Shown: in pieces, positions 40,070-53,000 of the stretch
Numbering within the stretch: the first letter of the stretch is position 1
How the letters are laid out: each line of letters begins with the position of its first letter
Assembly (NCBI RefSeq): GCF_000150275.1
Contig: NW_002060944.1
Location: forward strand, 8,260,735 to 8,324,734
Length of the DNA stretch: 64,000 nucleotides
Source: Trichoplax adhaerens
Lineage: Eukaryota > Animalia > Placozoa
Direction of reading: 5' to 3'
The notes under the pieces: model-generated
The model's database searches: none
Seen by the model: the letters and a program-made list of their open reading frames with translations, nothing else
Told to the model about the DNA's origin: nothing
Made by a program: the position numbers and the translations under genes

Positions 40070-41031
40070 TAAGTAGCTGTATAATCCTTTTACTCATGAT
40101 AGCACAACTGAAATCAAGTCTGATATTGGCATTCATTTAACATCGCGTATAAATTAATCTGCACGCTTAATTCAAATCGGCGAATCCTTGGCTGTAAAAG
40201 AAAACAATACGAATGTTTTTAATTAGTAGTAATACACTTTTCACCTTGAACCTAACTCTAATTAAATTACATTAAACTTTTCAGTTTCAGCAGTTACATA
40301 TTACGTTCTGCGAATTCTAGTTGTCTATATATATCGCTTGCTACACGTACTATAATTTCTATTCGAAATATAATATGATCGATTTGTTTGCTATCTTATC
40401 CAAATGATAAAGGATATTTCTAGCTATTGATATCCTATCGCGCAAAACGCAATTGTTTCCAAGATTGTAAAGCCGGCCTTTAAGTATCGATAGTAATACT
40501 TAACTACTCGTATAAGGATCTCATTGCAAGCACTATATCGAAAATAGCATACTAACTGTATCCTTTATATTTCATTTAGACAATAAAATACATTACCGCT
40601 TCCATTATCTACTTTTAACAAATATAGACATTCTAGATCTTTAATTTTTAGGCCCAAAGCGCCATCCCTACAAATATTTATACATGACATCGTTAGTAAT
40701 TCAGTTTCTTTGTGATCGCAATAAGTAAAATTACCGGTAGTACAGCATATTATCTTACACTTTTGGATAGAGTTATATTCAACGTTTAATCTTGAAACGC
40801 TTGCAGCGTTGTAGTAAAGGTAGTTTTAATAAATCATGTATACCAATAATCTTCTATAGGCTATCTTGCACACCTAGTATTAGGAGAGTATTAATTCATC
40901 TAGTCATGCGTAGCAATGTTAATAATGACTACCTTCAGCGATTCTTAGATCCTTACGTAATCATATTATCACCAATTTACACTTCCGTTGACCTCGACCA
41001 GCAGCTATTAAACGGCCTTGAAAATATGTGA
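40070..41031 (+). pseudogene. Decayed GPCR relic
   Basis: Colinear fragments: LYNPF...KSDIG (ICL1/TM2), SSCLYISLATRTIISI (TM3, 40316-40363) and KSCIPIIFYRLS...IRRVL (TM7/helix 8, from 40831). Confidence 0.4.
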
Positions 41032-43449
41032 ATAATCCCAGAGAGCAGACAGAATACCACCGTAATTGTTTTATAGACTCAAAATTTAAACAGTACTTTA
41101 CCATCAAGAATAAAGGCTTTCCTCGAATTTGAAGTATAGGTGTAATTTCTTTCTTTTATCTCATTTTGAAAATATATATCCACCAATCATTGAAATATTA
41201 CTGTATTATGTATGGCATCCTATTGCCTTCTAGACATAAATTTCAGGATATTGCTTCATTATAAATGCAATTATGACAATTGGTGTCCATGGTTAAAAAA
41301 ATCTATCATCGATTCAGTTACTGTTGTGATAAACACCAGATATAATAATGATCTAAAACTGAAGTTGATGAAAATTTTTCTTTACAACAAATAGCTAAGG
41401 CAATAGATCTTAATTGAATTTTGTGAGGTATAGGAAGTTTAGGAATAGCTTTATTATAATAAAGAATATTGTTTGTTAATTCCCAAAAAGCTGTATCTTC
41501 AGAATATACAGCAATAACAACGACTTAAAAATGCAAAAAATTGACTATTTTCTAACTAGATGGAATAAACATAGATCTTTTTACAGTCTATAAATATGAT
41601 TTTTAGCTCCTATTTTATATTAAACAACCATATTAATTGATTAAAGTATACTGACAGCAAAGGGAATCCTACCTATCTTCTAGATTTCAGCGCGAAGAGT
41701 AAGCTCATCATATAGTTCTAATTAACAATTTAAATCGTCACTATTACTTTGGCGATAATAGTATCTGTAAATATTGCAGAAAGCCTGAAATACTAATATG
41801 AACATCTAGAACTCGGGTACGGGCAAAATTTGATAGAGACCTGCCATATCACCTTGAATCATTTTACATACTATAGTTGGGAGGAAATCAAAATGTACTT
41901 GATGGATGTTTGTTCACTCATTTTATGAGTGAGTAGAAGAAAATTCCAATGAGTGAATTGAAGAAAATGCCCATTTAGGATGTTCTCAATATATCAAGCT
42001 GTAATTAACCTTTTAGATAGTATCGCATAGAATCAATTTAGGGTAAGAGAACTGCAAGTTTTATATGCCTTTATAAAGTGGCTATGATCGATTTTCGACA
42101 CAGCGAGGCTATATCATGTTCAATATACTCTCATTCCTATTTTATGCCGCTGATAATACTAGCCTAGCGGACATTTTCTGTTAAATTTAAATCCATAAAA
42201 GTAAGAAATACATCTTGAAGAAATTATACCTATAGCAGTTTAGGATACAACGAAGTTCCTTGTCAATACGCATTGATTGATCTAGCCATAACTATTCGGG
42301 ATTCATTGTAGCGGTTTTGTTATTAAAGTTTTATCGCATTAAATAAAATATTATGCATATTAAGGTAATATCAATAATATAATTTTGCAAAGCTTAGTTT
42401 CTGGTCAAAGTTGAAATGCACTAGTTATACTAAGAATATTGACCGATATGCTAGCCTCAAATTTTATCATGTGGTCTCGATAAATGGCGACGAACTAAAT
42501 CGGTGGAAATTTCTCATGATACAAGTCACTGGAAATAATGCAAATCATTTTATAAGGCTTTTAACTTCGTAATAAAATTTTTGTTCAATCTATATTGTTT
42601 CTTAAATTTACTAAAACTTTCCGTTCCAGGCGTAGTAGGATAATGGTATAGAATAGATTACTGACCCAATTACCAACTACATCATTGGAATAAATGTCAA
42701 CAACGACCAAATTAGTCATGGCAAAGCAGATCTATGCAGCCCTTTTATATAGTGATTCTTATTATCCAACTCAAATGATCTGTTGACATGAATAAGACGA
42801 AAGAGTTACAACTCATTGATGGTAGCAAGTAATTCACGAGGAAAACGAACTTCCGATAGGATAGGCTATTGAATTTTTGAGGAAATAAATGCTATCATTT
42901 CGAATAGGTGACTACTACGATTTTCAATGTCTGATAGTTTCACTCCGAACAGATTTCTCTGGAATACATTAAAAGAGTGAATAGGTAAAATATAATTAAA
43001 GTTGATAAAATGTACAGTTCAAGTTTATAAGACATTCATGGAAGATATTTCTCATTGAATGGTCTAAATACGACCAATCGAGATGAACTAGCAGTAAGGG
43101 TTAAAGTAATGGAGACGCAGTCTTCGAGCAAGCCAGATCTCGAAATGCAATCATGATATTGCTAACTTACGTTTTGATGTTGTGATTATAACACAACCAA
43201 TTTTACTTGTTAAGGCTAGTGTCTTAGTAAGGATAGTGCATTGATAGTTACTAAATCATCTGTATTATAATATTGCTGTGTATTTCAAACGAGATATACT
43301 CAAGATTTGATCAATCCGATATTTCTTTTGATATATAGATGTTTCTTCGTATATTTTGTCCTTCTGATGGACAGTATTCTTTTTTCTTGTGAAACTGAAA
43401 CTTGTGTTTGAATAGCTATCAACTATAACAATTTAAGCGGCTTCATTCA

Positions 43450-44170
43450 TGGGAAAGAAACAATAAAAATCCTTCTCGGGCATTATTTTGCTGCTAATAC
43501 AAATAAATTATTGATAGCAGTTGACAGCATTATTAACTATGGATTCATATTTACTTGACAGCAGTGTGATAAAGCCTACATTTACAGTACTTAGATGATG
43601 GTTCTTTTCAAAGAATGAGAGCTGTCCGTATTAGCGAATCTTATACCACAAGCTTTTATGAGCAAATTAATTTTATTAGATATTGACCGTTTTTAAAAGC
43701 TTTGTTGGCTGCTGAAAAGTTATCGGAATATACTCAGTGGAAACCAGTTATCCTGCCCTCTCTACTATAAGTTTAGACTAGGTAAATTTATTTACCGTAC
43801 TATGGCGTAGACTACAAGTAAGGTACTCTAGGCTAGAGCATATTTATTAGCTTAGTTTTCCGGATTTTAAGATGTTGAGAATATACTAACAAGGCTAATC
43901 GGATCAACTTGTTCATCGACGAGACTGATGCCATCTAAAATGCTTGTAATATCAACATTTCATTTCATCTATTCAATATTATTGCGATTATTTTACATAG
44001 CGGTATTTCATCAAGGTAAATTCATTTATACGGTAGAGAGACTCTCATTATTCTAAGAAGAATACATCACGTTTTAAGCGTATTAGCAACTTGCAACTTC
44101 GGCCTAGTTTTCAATCTGCCATTGCCGGATATTGTATCCTCAATCACAAAATTATAATAAATTTCCAATA
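43450..44170 (+). pseudogene. Decayed GPCR relic
   Basis: LILLDIDRF*KLCWLLK (DRF motif at 43685), KMLVISTFHFIYSILL (TM6-like, 43937) and SICHCRILY...YNKF (TM7-like, 44111), in colinear order. Confidence 0.42.
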
Positions 44171-44999
44171 TCAAATGGTTGATTACTACTACTAACGTAT
44201 TTTTCTAACATATACGCGTATTTCTACTGCTATTTAACAGACTCCAATTTAGCTATCACCATTCGTATTAAGAGCTAGTCGCATAGTTATGCTAATTGCT
44301 TGCATGTTATAAAATTTTACACTGAAATTCAAAAGCATAACCAACTCACAAAGGCAATATACTGTATACTTAAAAGCATCTCGTAATCATTTTTTAAAGT
44401 CTTAGACTACTTATTACAAAGAACCGCAAAGTTTAACTTTGGATTGTTAATCGAAATTTGTGAATTAGAGTGATATAATGTGAGTAGATGCATAACACAA
44501 TTGGTTGGGTAACAGCAATTAAGGAAATGCTTAGTAGTTAATTGCTTTCTTCATCCCAACAGTCAGTATTAGAACTGGCTTAGTTCATACATTATTATAA
44601 TTATAAATCTACGAGTATGGTAAATTTTCCATATTTTATTATAAAATGCGTACAAACCCTCCTTCCCTAATAATACGCTGCAATTGAATTGTATATTAAA
44701 GTTAAGCTAAATTATATAAGATTCTCGTAATTATGCCTAGACAACCATGTCGTAAAGCGTATGCAGGCGTATTTGTATTTATAAAAAGTAGAAATTAAAC
44801 CGTGTCAGTACTAGTCCATAATTTGATATATTAATTATCCTTCAAGGGTAGAAATTATTGTTCTAGCATTATGGGATGATCATCACTTTTGCATTACTTC
44901 ATAACTTTTCTTCTTGTCAAGGTAGAAATAACTAGGCAAAGATAGAGTCCTGATCAGAATTATTACTTCATGCAGTATTTTCGATACAAGTTTTTTCTA

Positions 45000-45900
45000 T
45001 CCTTTTTCATTAATTGCATTGTCGTTGGGGCTACACAAAGAATTACTGAACTGAAATTACTTTGTTATTTCTAGAAATAATAAAACAATATAAACAGAGT
45101 ATAGATAGGATTTGATATTGAACATTGAACTGCTTTTAATTTATTGGCAATCAATGCGATCATTTAATTATTCCGCCAGTACGGTCATCCGATTGATTCA
45201 CCATGTAGAATGATTATGACTGGTGCTAATGGTAAAAAAGAGTCGGTTTTATGACTTGCACTACATAGAATTTAATATTTTAGCGATAGTAAAGACGATG
45301 AAATGCCGCAAATTCAGAATAGGCATGCTGTAGGTAAAGTAGAATATTAACATGTTGATATTGAAGGTCCAAGTTAGCCTTGCTGGAAAACGCTCGTTTA
45401 CATACTCAGGAGTGTATTGACTTATGTAAATAACATTATCATACACATACATAGCCAAAAACGATAAAAAGTCATTCCAATAGCAATTCAGAAGAAAAAT
45501 GATCCATTCTAATTAAGAGGAATAATTTGCGTGTATTGATTTATGTAAATAACATTATCATATATAAACATAGCAAAAAAAATGATCAAAAGTCATTCCA
45601 ATAGCAATTAAGAAGAAAAATGATCCATTCCAATTGAGAGCAATAATTTTACGTTCAATCGACGACAATAGGAAGTAATTTAATGCTGATTTGAAAAAAA
45701 GCATTATACATTTAATTATATCTGTAATGTCAATATTTATGAAATAGCTTTAATAAAGCTATTCTTTATGTCTTGATTCATCATTATACTGGCGTTATTG
45801 ATCAGTTCCGATGAAGTGATCAATTAGAGAGTATTGATTGAATAATTGACATTTTATCCAGGGATAGCGAATAAGATTTTTACTAGTCTATTAATTTATG
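45000..45900 (-). pseudogene. Decayed GPCR relic with an internal tandem duplication
   Basis: Open stretch YFINIDITDIIKCIMLFF...RKIIALNWNGSFFFLIAIGMTFDHFF (TM2-TM3). The duplicate copy reads IGMTFYRF. Downstream are FLPLAPVIIIL (TM5-like) and VILCVAP (TM6-like). Confidence 0.5.
45412..45651. repeat. ~120-bp diverged tandem duplication
   Basis: GTGTATTGA(C/T)TTATGTAAATAACATTATCATA...AAAAGTCATTCCAATAGCAATT(C/A)AGAAGAAAAATGATCCATTC...AATAATTT starts at 45412 and again at 45531. Confidence 0.95.
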
Positions 45901-46061
45901 AACTGTTATTGAAGTAAATCATAAAATTGATTCATTTTTTTTTGGATGATTACAAGATTTTCAATTCTTGTTCATATTTTTATATTTAGTTGGGCAATAA
46001 ATGGGATAATTTTGATAATGACATCGTTTGCTTTATTCAAGACAAATTTTGATTGCTTACT

Positions 46062-46464
46062 CGGATGTCCACTTGTAACGGCCTCGCTTGGCCTGTAACT
46101 ACCAAAGGTAATTTCGTATTCTGATAACGGCAAAGCTAGTAGACTCATAGGATGCAGTTCCAGACTCTATTCAATCCTACTTCAATAATTTAATTCAACT
46201 AGACAAGACGTAACTTTTGCATTAGTAAACGGTTGTTGTTGTATTTATTGACTTTTGAAGCGTGCAAAATCATTGATCAAGTTATTAATCCTTGATGTGC
46301 TCGCCACGTATGTCTATGCAGTCCATAGTGGTACCAATTATTTTGCTAAAATGAGCCAGTGGATTGATATTGATACCATGTCGAGGTTGTTAGTGGAAAA
46401 TACAATTATTCCATCAAGGCCATATTGACAGAATCACGGTCCCACTAGGAGGCCACCCTTAATC
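46062..46464 (-). pseudogene. Possible decayed LamG/pentraxin-like domain exon
   Basis: Bounded by tttctag (acceptor-like) and gtaagc (donor-like). Translates with stops as WYQYQSTGSF*QNNWYHYG..TWRAHQGL..(L)IND, resembling the W.H...TW....GL.L.ING pattern. Confidence 0.3.
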
Positions 46465-48129
46465 CTAGAAATTAAAAAAATAGATTGATTAATTAATTAA
46501 CTGAATGGTGAATAATAATGAATCAATCTAAGGATTTTAATTCACATGGTCAGTCTAATAAAACTATTTTCATGTTGATCACATTTTCAATTAATTTATA
46601 ACTTAAGTACTCTCTTGCTGGTCTTTTCGAATGAGATTAGAAATAACAATGCGTTGATAAAGCATCGTAAAAGCATGTTATAGATGATTTTTTATTTTCA
46701 TTTTTTCCCTTTTCTTCGGTAATGATTGTTAGCATTGGCGTCCCACTTCGTCCATATTGCACCATTATGCTATCATTACAAATCATCATTGTCAATATTG
46801 TTTTCATTGCTTTAGAGAAAAACAATTTAAAATTGCATCTTGATTGAGTGGCGCTGGAGTCGCTATCCTATCTAGTGGTCTACTTCTGAAAACGACAATA
46901 ACTACAGGCCTGTCAAAATAAAATGACAAGATTTACTTTGTTTAATTACCTATTGTCCAATGAGAATAGATGACTTTTTCCACGGTCATAATTCTATTTC
47001 CTTCATAAGCAGTGTAGAAATGGAAAATAATAACAACAACTTCCCATCTGCTCCAATTTAAATAATAATACGTTGAATACAGATTAAGTCTTACTTTCTG
47101 TTTTGGCCTTGATGGTTTAATAAAAGCGTCTGAGAACCATTTCATCTATCATAACAAGTTTATTTGTCTTCTATGTAAGACCATTTTTATTTTGGCAGTG
47201 AACTGAAGCCGATTTTCACACTTTTAGGGTGATAACCGATTGGTGGGATATCCATTATACCATTTATATCTTGACCGTGATTATCCTTCAAAAATTGGAT
47301 TTTCCTCGCCGAATAGAGAATACTTGCTAGCATTAACAAGTGCAAGAAATAGAGGTAAGTTATCGTTAATCACCAATGTCATAATTGGTGGTTGATCAAG
47401 CTGAATTGGAAACTAATTCACGTTTCCGATGTAGTATCATCATATTGAGCATGTTAACCCTTGGTATTGCCCCCCCCCCCCATTTTCCCTTCTTCTATTC
47501 TATCTAGTCGAACTGAAGAAAATCGACATTCGATTTACATTATCTTTCTTTTACACGCCGTCTTTAAAACTTGACAAGGGTGGGCATTTTAACATAATGT
47601 GAGCTCTCCTCTATACTCTACAGTGCATGACAGGCCAATCTGGATTAGTGTTTATCATGGACTACTTGATAGAAAGAAATTTCCTTTCTGTATTACTATC
47701 TCTAGTATCCATGAAGAGCACGACTTTGCCAACCAAAGACTTGTGCTCCCTCCGTTTAAGTGGCAAAAGCGAGTTCTAATTTTGCTGAGCGAATATCATA
47801 TTAATACAGTATAGCACTCCTGATATCATTTTCTGTTGATTGGATACTTTTAAAGCTATTCATTTCAAGACATTGATGTCAATACTTCTTTAATTTTGGT
47901 CTCTTGTCTAGCCACATCAATAGTGATGACATAACATGACATCATGCGAAGTCAATCCTCCTCGCTGTGGTTTTATTTTACCTAAAAGTGCACAAAAATG
48001 AGCTATACGAACACACTGCAACAGCATGAAAAAAAAAAAAACTATTACTGCACTATATTGTAGAGTACTTATTGTAAGATTTTTTACCATTTATCTAGAT
48101 GGATATTGATCATGCCAATTGAATGAATT

Positions 48130-48603
48130 ATGTTCAGTATTCATCCTAGATACAAGCCAAGGCCCATCTTCTTTTTCGATGATGTCCATTCTCGGATAGA
48201 CATTATCCAAGGCTTTACTTTCGATATTGTGCGTTGTATAATGCACAGTTTATTCATATTCCATCTACGCTACTGTATTCGACACTCTGTATGGTTATTC
48301 TCGTTTTGCATCGACTACTAAGCCATAGACCTACAAGAAGGCCTTTTATCTCGATAGAGTATAATGGCAATCAGGATAGGTTGCTACTTCTTGATGATGG
48401 AGAAAATGAATATGAAAATTGCTCAAATCACATTGCAGAGAATGCTATTCTCTACTTTGATGAGTGTAGCGCTGAACTGCAGGTCTTTTTTTTACTTCTC
48501 TACTGAGCAGAAAGCAATTCCATGCGTGGTCATAGCATTCTGCATTTACTTGTCTTTGGTAGTAGGGATCAAGTGCATTAAAGTCTTGCAACAATGTAAG
48601 TGA
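48130..48603 (+). pseudogene. Possible decayed GPCR relic spread over three overlapping short ORFs
   Basis: KPRPIFF...IDIIQGF (TM2-like), LYSTLCMVILVLHRLLSHRP (TM3-like, HR in place of DR) and AIPCVVIAFCIY (TM5-like) in successive frames. Confidence 0.35.
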
Positions 48604-49719
48604 AAATACTGCTAGTTCAAGAGTACTAAATCATCGGTAAAGAGGTCTGTCAACATCTATTCATTGCTTAAAGTGTGCCATAATAAATAATAGTACTTCG
48701 GAGCACACCTGCGAACGGTTTAGTGCCTCTTACAGATGTCTTGTATAGTTCAAAAATGGTCGGCAAAATAGTCATCGTCCCTACTCTTGGGTATACGTTA
48801 TAAAATATTCTAGGTACGCTTCGCTGAAACTTCCCTATTCATGGTGCATTATAAGATGTATTATACATCATTCAATACGTCCAAATTAAATAATGAATAA
48901 TTAATCGAAAGTAATTCCAATTTTCCGGTAGGACAAACACAGCTTTGAAAATGTTTAAGAAACTGATTTTTCTGTGAGAAACGGGCTGGCATCGGTTGTT
49001 GTACGGCCCAGTACAACAGCCGATATTCATACTTCAGCAATAAATCAATCGATCGCTCAGCCAACCTATAAATAAATCATTGGACGTATTTAAACGTCTA
49101 GGGATAGGAGTGTTATAAGAAATGGGGCAGTAATTTAGGTAAAAGTGGCTATGATTTGACGATAAGGGAAGTAATCTATGATTCATGACTGATAGAATGG
49201 AGGCCAAAGAAACTTATTGAACCTGCGCTACAAAAGCTTATAATATTCGAACGCCTGTATTAGTCTACGCATTTTACAAGAAGTAAAATACTTTTATAGC
49301 CTTGAATCTCGTAACCTTCTAGTGTTGTAATAGCTTATTCTATGCAACCCTAAATCCAATGAATGAATAATCTATAACAAATAGAGAAAACGCGTAATCC
49401 TTGATTGTTTATCCTATTGCTTTTCTACTATCATATCCTATCACATTACACTCGCAAACATGCCAAATACTTATACTCAAGTAGTTTGCTTATGATACAG
49501 CAGTTACCCTTCAAGAATGTTAAAAAAATAAAATTAGCACAATCTCGTTTGATTTAACTCAAATTGAGTGCAATGCTGTAGTAGAAGTAGCGCTGTAACC
49601 TTGATCATTCAGCATTTCAGCTTTCCTATAGTTCGCAGTGAGGAGCCTTGATATTTAAAGACCATTGATTAGTTGTAATTCCAGATTTCTAGTCATCAGC
49701 TTAATTCATGACTGAGCAT

Positions 49720-50000
49720 AAGTTACCTGATAATATTTAGTAGTCTAGAATTGTGGGCTGTTGTAGATTAGTGATTGTGGTAGACCTTTCTTAGATCTAC
49801 TTTGACTCTATCGTCAATAAGATATCAGGTAGCTACGGTAAAAAAAATGATGTATGGCAGCATGTAGGCTATGTAGTACCTGATTTCTGCAACTCTTATT
49901 TTGGACATGGGAGCAAACATTGAAATCACAGCATTCTCACTGAAAGTTGGAATATCGGGTATGACATTAGCAGTACTGTTTCCATTCAAACTTTCCATGA
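49720..50000 (-). pseudogene. Possible 5' fragment of a GPCR
   Basis: MESLNGNSTANV (N-glycosylated N-terminus-like), hydrophobic YYIAYMLPYIIFFTVAT, then NLQQPTIL/LLNII (ICL1-TM2-like). Confidence 0.28.
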
Positions 50001-53000
50001 CAGAATATTGTAGAATGTGCACAGATCAATAATAAGATAGTATTTCTATTTCCTTCCCTTCCCATAACTATACGAAGAGCAGAACATGGCCTAGAATTCC
50101 TGATGGAATATCTTCAATTAAACGCATATTTTTTAGCTCTGAAGATCAAATACCTCTAGATTATTCTACAATAATTAACATAACCGTAGGTCAAGCGACT
50201 GTTCTACAGCCATCAAGAATCAAGTAAATAACTATAAGATTGGATAGAGATCAAGGTAAATTCTCTTCTATTCCATTTGGAATCGAAAAGAAAGCATATG
50301 GGCGATTAGTGTGTTAGTCATACGCCACATTTGAACTAAATTTATCTGTTATTCTATACAGAAACTAATTTTTCTGGTACAATACTCCGATAATAAATTC
50401 AACTCTGTATGACCAGTTGGCACTGAGGGTAGATGCAGTTGTTAAGACAAATTAAAATTCCAAATATACAATTTCTCTTTCTATCTTGTGAGGTACATAT
50501 TTTATGCAGCGTTTGAATGATGATTGGCACTTAATCTGCCTGTCTTATCGTTCTCACTCATGGGCATCACTAAGTACGATCTTGCCATACCATGATCTTG
50601 CAACATTTGTGTGCATTACTCTTACAGTTTCTCTCATCTTTTTGATAAATGAATGAGATGAGAGTATTAGTTGAAGAATTTGGTAAAGTTTTACCACTAG
50701 TCAAACCCTGTAAAGCATATACTTGACTCTTAGATGAGTAGTTTAGAATAGGACCTGTTCTATTATTAATCTCGTTGTGGGTTAGATTTGCAGTAAAGCA
50801 CGACCATAGACTTTCCTTATAGCAGCATCGTAATCAAAAGACACTTTCTAGAACGGCATTAGAACTCAAAAAACTGCGAATGTTAAATGTATATTTATAG
50901 TAATTGTTAAAAGGCACTAAATTGCGGTCAAGCCTTAGTTCTTCATAACCCTAATAATCACCCTTTTCTATTTCATTAGAGCAGTAATATTTATCTTAAA
51001 TCGTAGCTTGACTTTGACTTTGAAATACTGTATCTATTCCTTGATAACTATGAATATCTTGGAACGTTTAACATAGAGCAAGGCAACTTTTCACCTGATG
51101 GAAAAACTTTCGTAGAAATATCTGTAAAATTTTAAATACTGGAGTTAATTTCTATCGCATATCAGCTAATCGATGCTGCATTCATATGATTTAATAACAA
51201 TTTTGTAATAGCGATTTCATGCGTGCACTATACTGTACACCACTGCAATGAATTCAAATGAAATTAAGAATTCTTCTTAGTAATTTAATACGCATATAAA
51301 CATATGCATATAAATACACTATCCTTACAAGGCAGATGCATGATCCCTTTCAATCACAATTTAATGTGTTTATTGCACTCAAGATTGAAAAACTAAATAA
51401 GATTAGCATATTTATTTCTACCTTTCCTCTTAACTGTATCCTTCAATTTGGCAATCCACGCACAGAGCCATATGTGTAACCATGGACTACAGTACTAAAT
51501 CTCACGTAGGCTTTAGAAATTCATGATGTAATCCTTTAGAGTAATAAAAAGGTTACATTTTACCTTTATGGTAGGATAAGAGTCTAGACAGTCTCGCCAA
51601 TTGTATTACTGTATAGTCCATTTTCTATAGAATAAATTGTTTTTTTTACATAAGTTTACTCTTACTATACATTTATGTTGAGTAAACGTCTGCATAGAGC
51701 GCAACAACCATTGTGGAACAGCTTGGATCATAATACGTAAACCAATATACGAGCATACTCAAATCCTATTATGGCTGGTATATAATAACGCCTCTCTATA
51801 ATCATATCATAATTCAATAACTTAGGCGAACGTTATTGTTATTAATATTCGATCATTTAAACGGAACTAGACGATGAAATCAGCTAATGGGAACTATGGC
51901 CATGGCTGATTTTTTTTGTTAGCAATGATGGTACAATAATAATTTATAATCGGAATTTTAACAACTGTATGCGATACAAATGTACATATGTTTCAATGGT
52001 CTACGAGAATATTTACGGCTGTGAGACGTAATATCATAGGTAGACTCGAACTATTAGTAATATCTGCCAAGAATGGAATTTAACTATTTTGTCAACAATA
52101 GATGCAAAATTAAGCCAATAGAATAGATTCCATCTGTCTTTTTGATTTTACATCATTACATAATATATATTAGCTAGCGAGTGGGATAATAATGACGTTA
52201 ACTTTAGCTTTCGATTAAGTCAATATAGGCCGATGACCTTATCACAAACTAGAAATTGCTATTATTCGCGATGTCATTAAATTCCTTGTTTTTACAAAAT
52301 TTTTCATTCAAGTATTTCTTAGTAGCTTCAATTAGAAGTTAATTGAATACAATGTAAATAGAATGGGATCATGTAGTTTTGACAACCTTTTCTTATATCT
52401 CCATTTGTAAGCAGTGGCCTTCTATACGTCACTGTTAGGGTAATACTAAATTCAGTTTACTGTAAGTAGGATAATATGTTAATTTTCTATATGATTAAAG
52501 TCACAAATAGACAACGTAATTAAAATTCTTGTAACCAATTCTTATTCCAAATTTTCTGTGTAAACTATGCATAAAGATAAGGCTTAACAGTTGACGTAAT
52601 AATGTTGTATATTTATCCGTGTCCATGCGACTAAATCTTATAAACAGTTCGATTTGTTGCGTAGACAGAAAAGTTAGGGTTAAAAAAATCGTATCCGAGT
52701 GCATTGAACTATAATTGAAGTTTAGCTTTTCTATAAATTTAACGTAATTTACTGATTACTTAATAATTTAATTTAATTCTTGGCTATTGTTTCACTAATT
52801 TCCCTTAATTAATAATAACATCTATTTCTATGATATACAATCAGCTTTTTAACTAGTAGGATTCGATAATGACTAGGAAATTATATATTTTTAATGCTCG
52901 TGGCTTACTGTAATTAATCGATTGAGATGGTCGTGTACTTATACTTGGTAGCATAAGTATTTCTGATTAGCTATAATGTATCTAAAAATTTTAGAATAGC

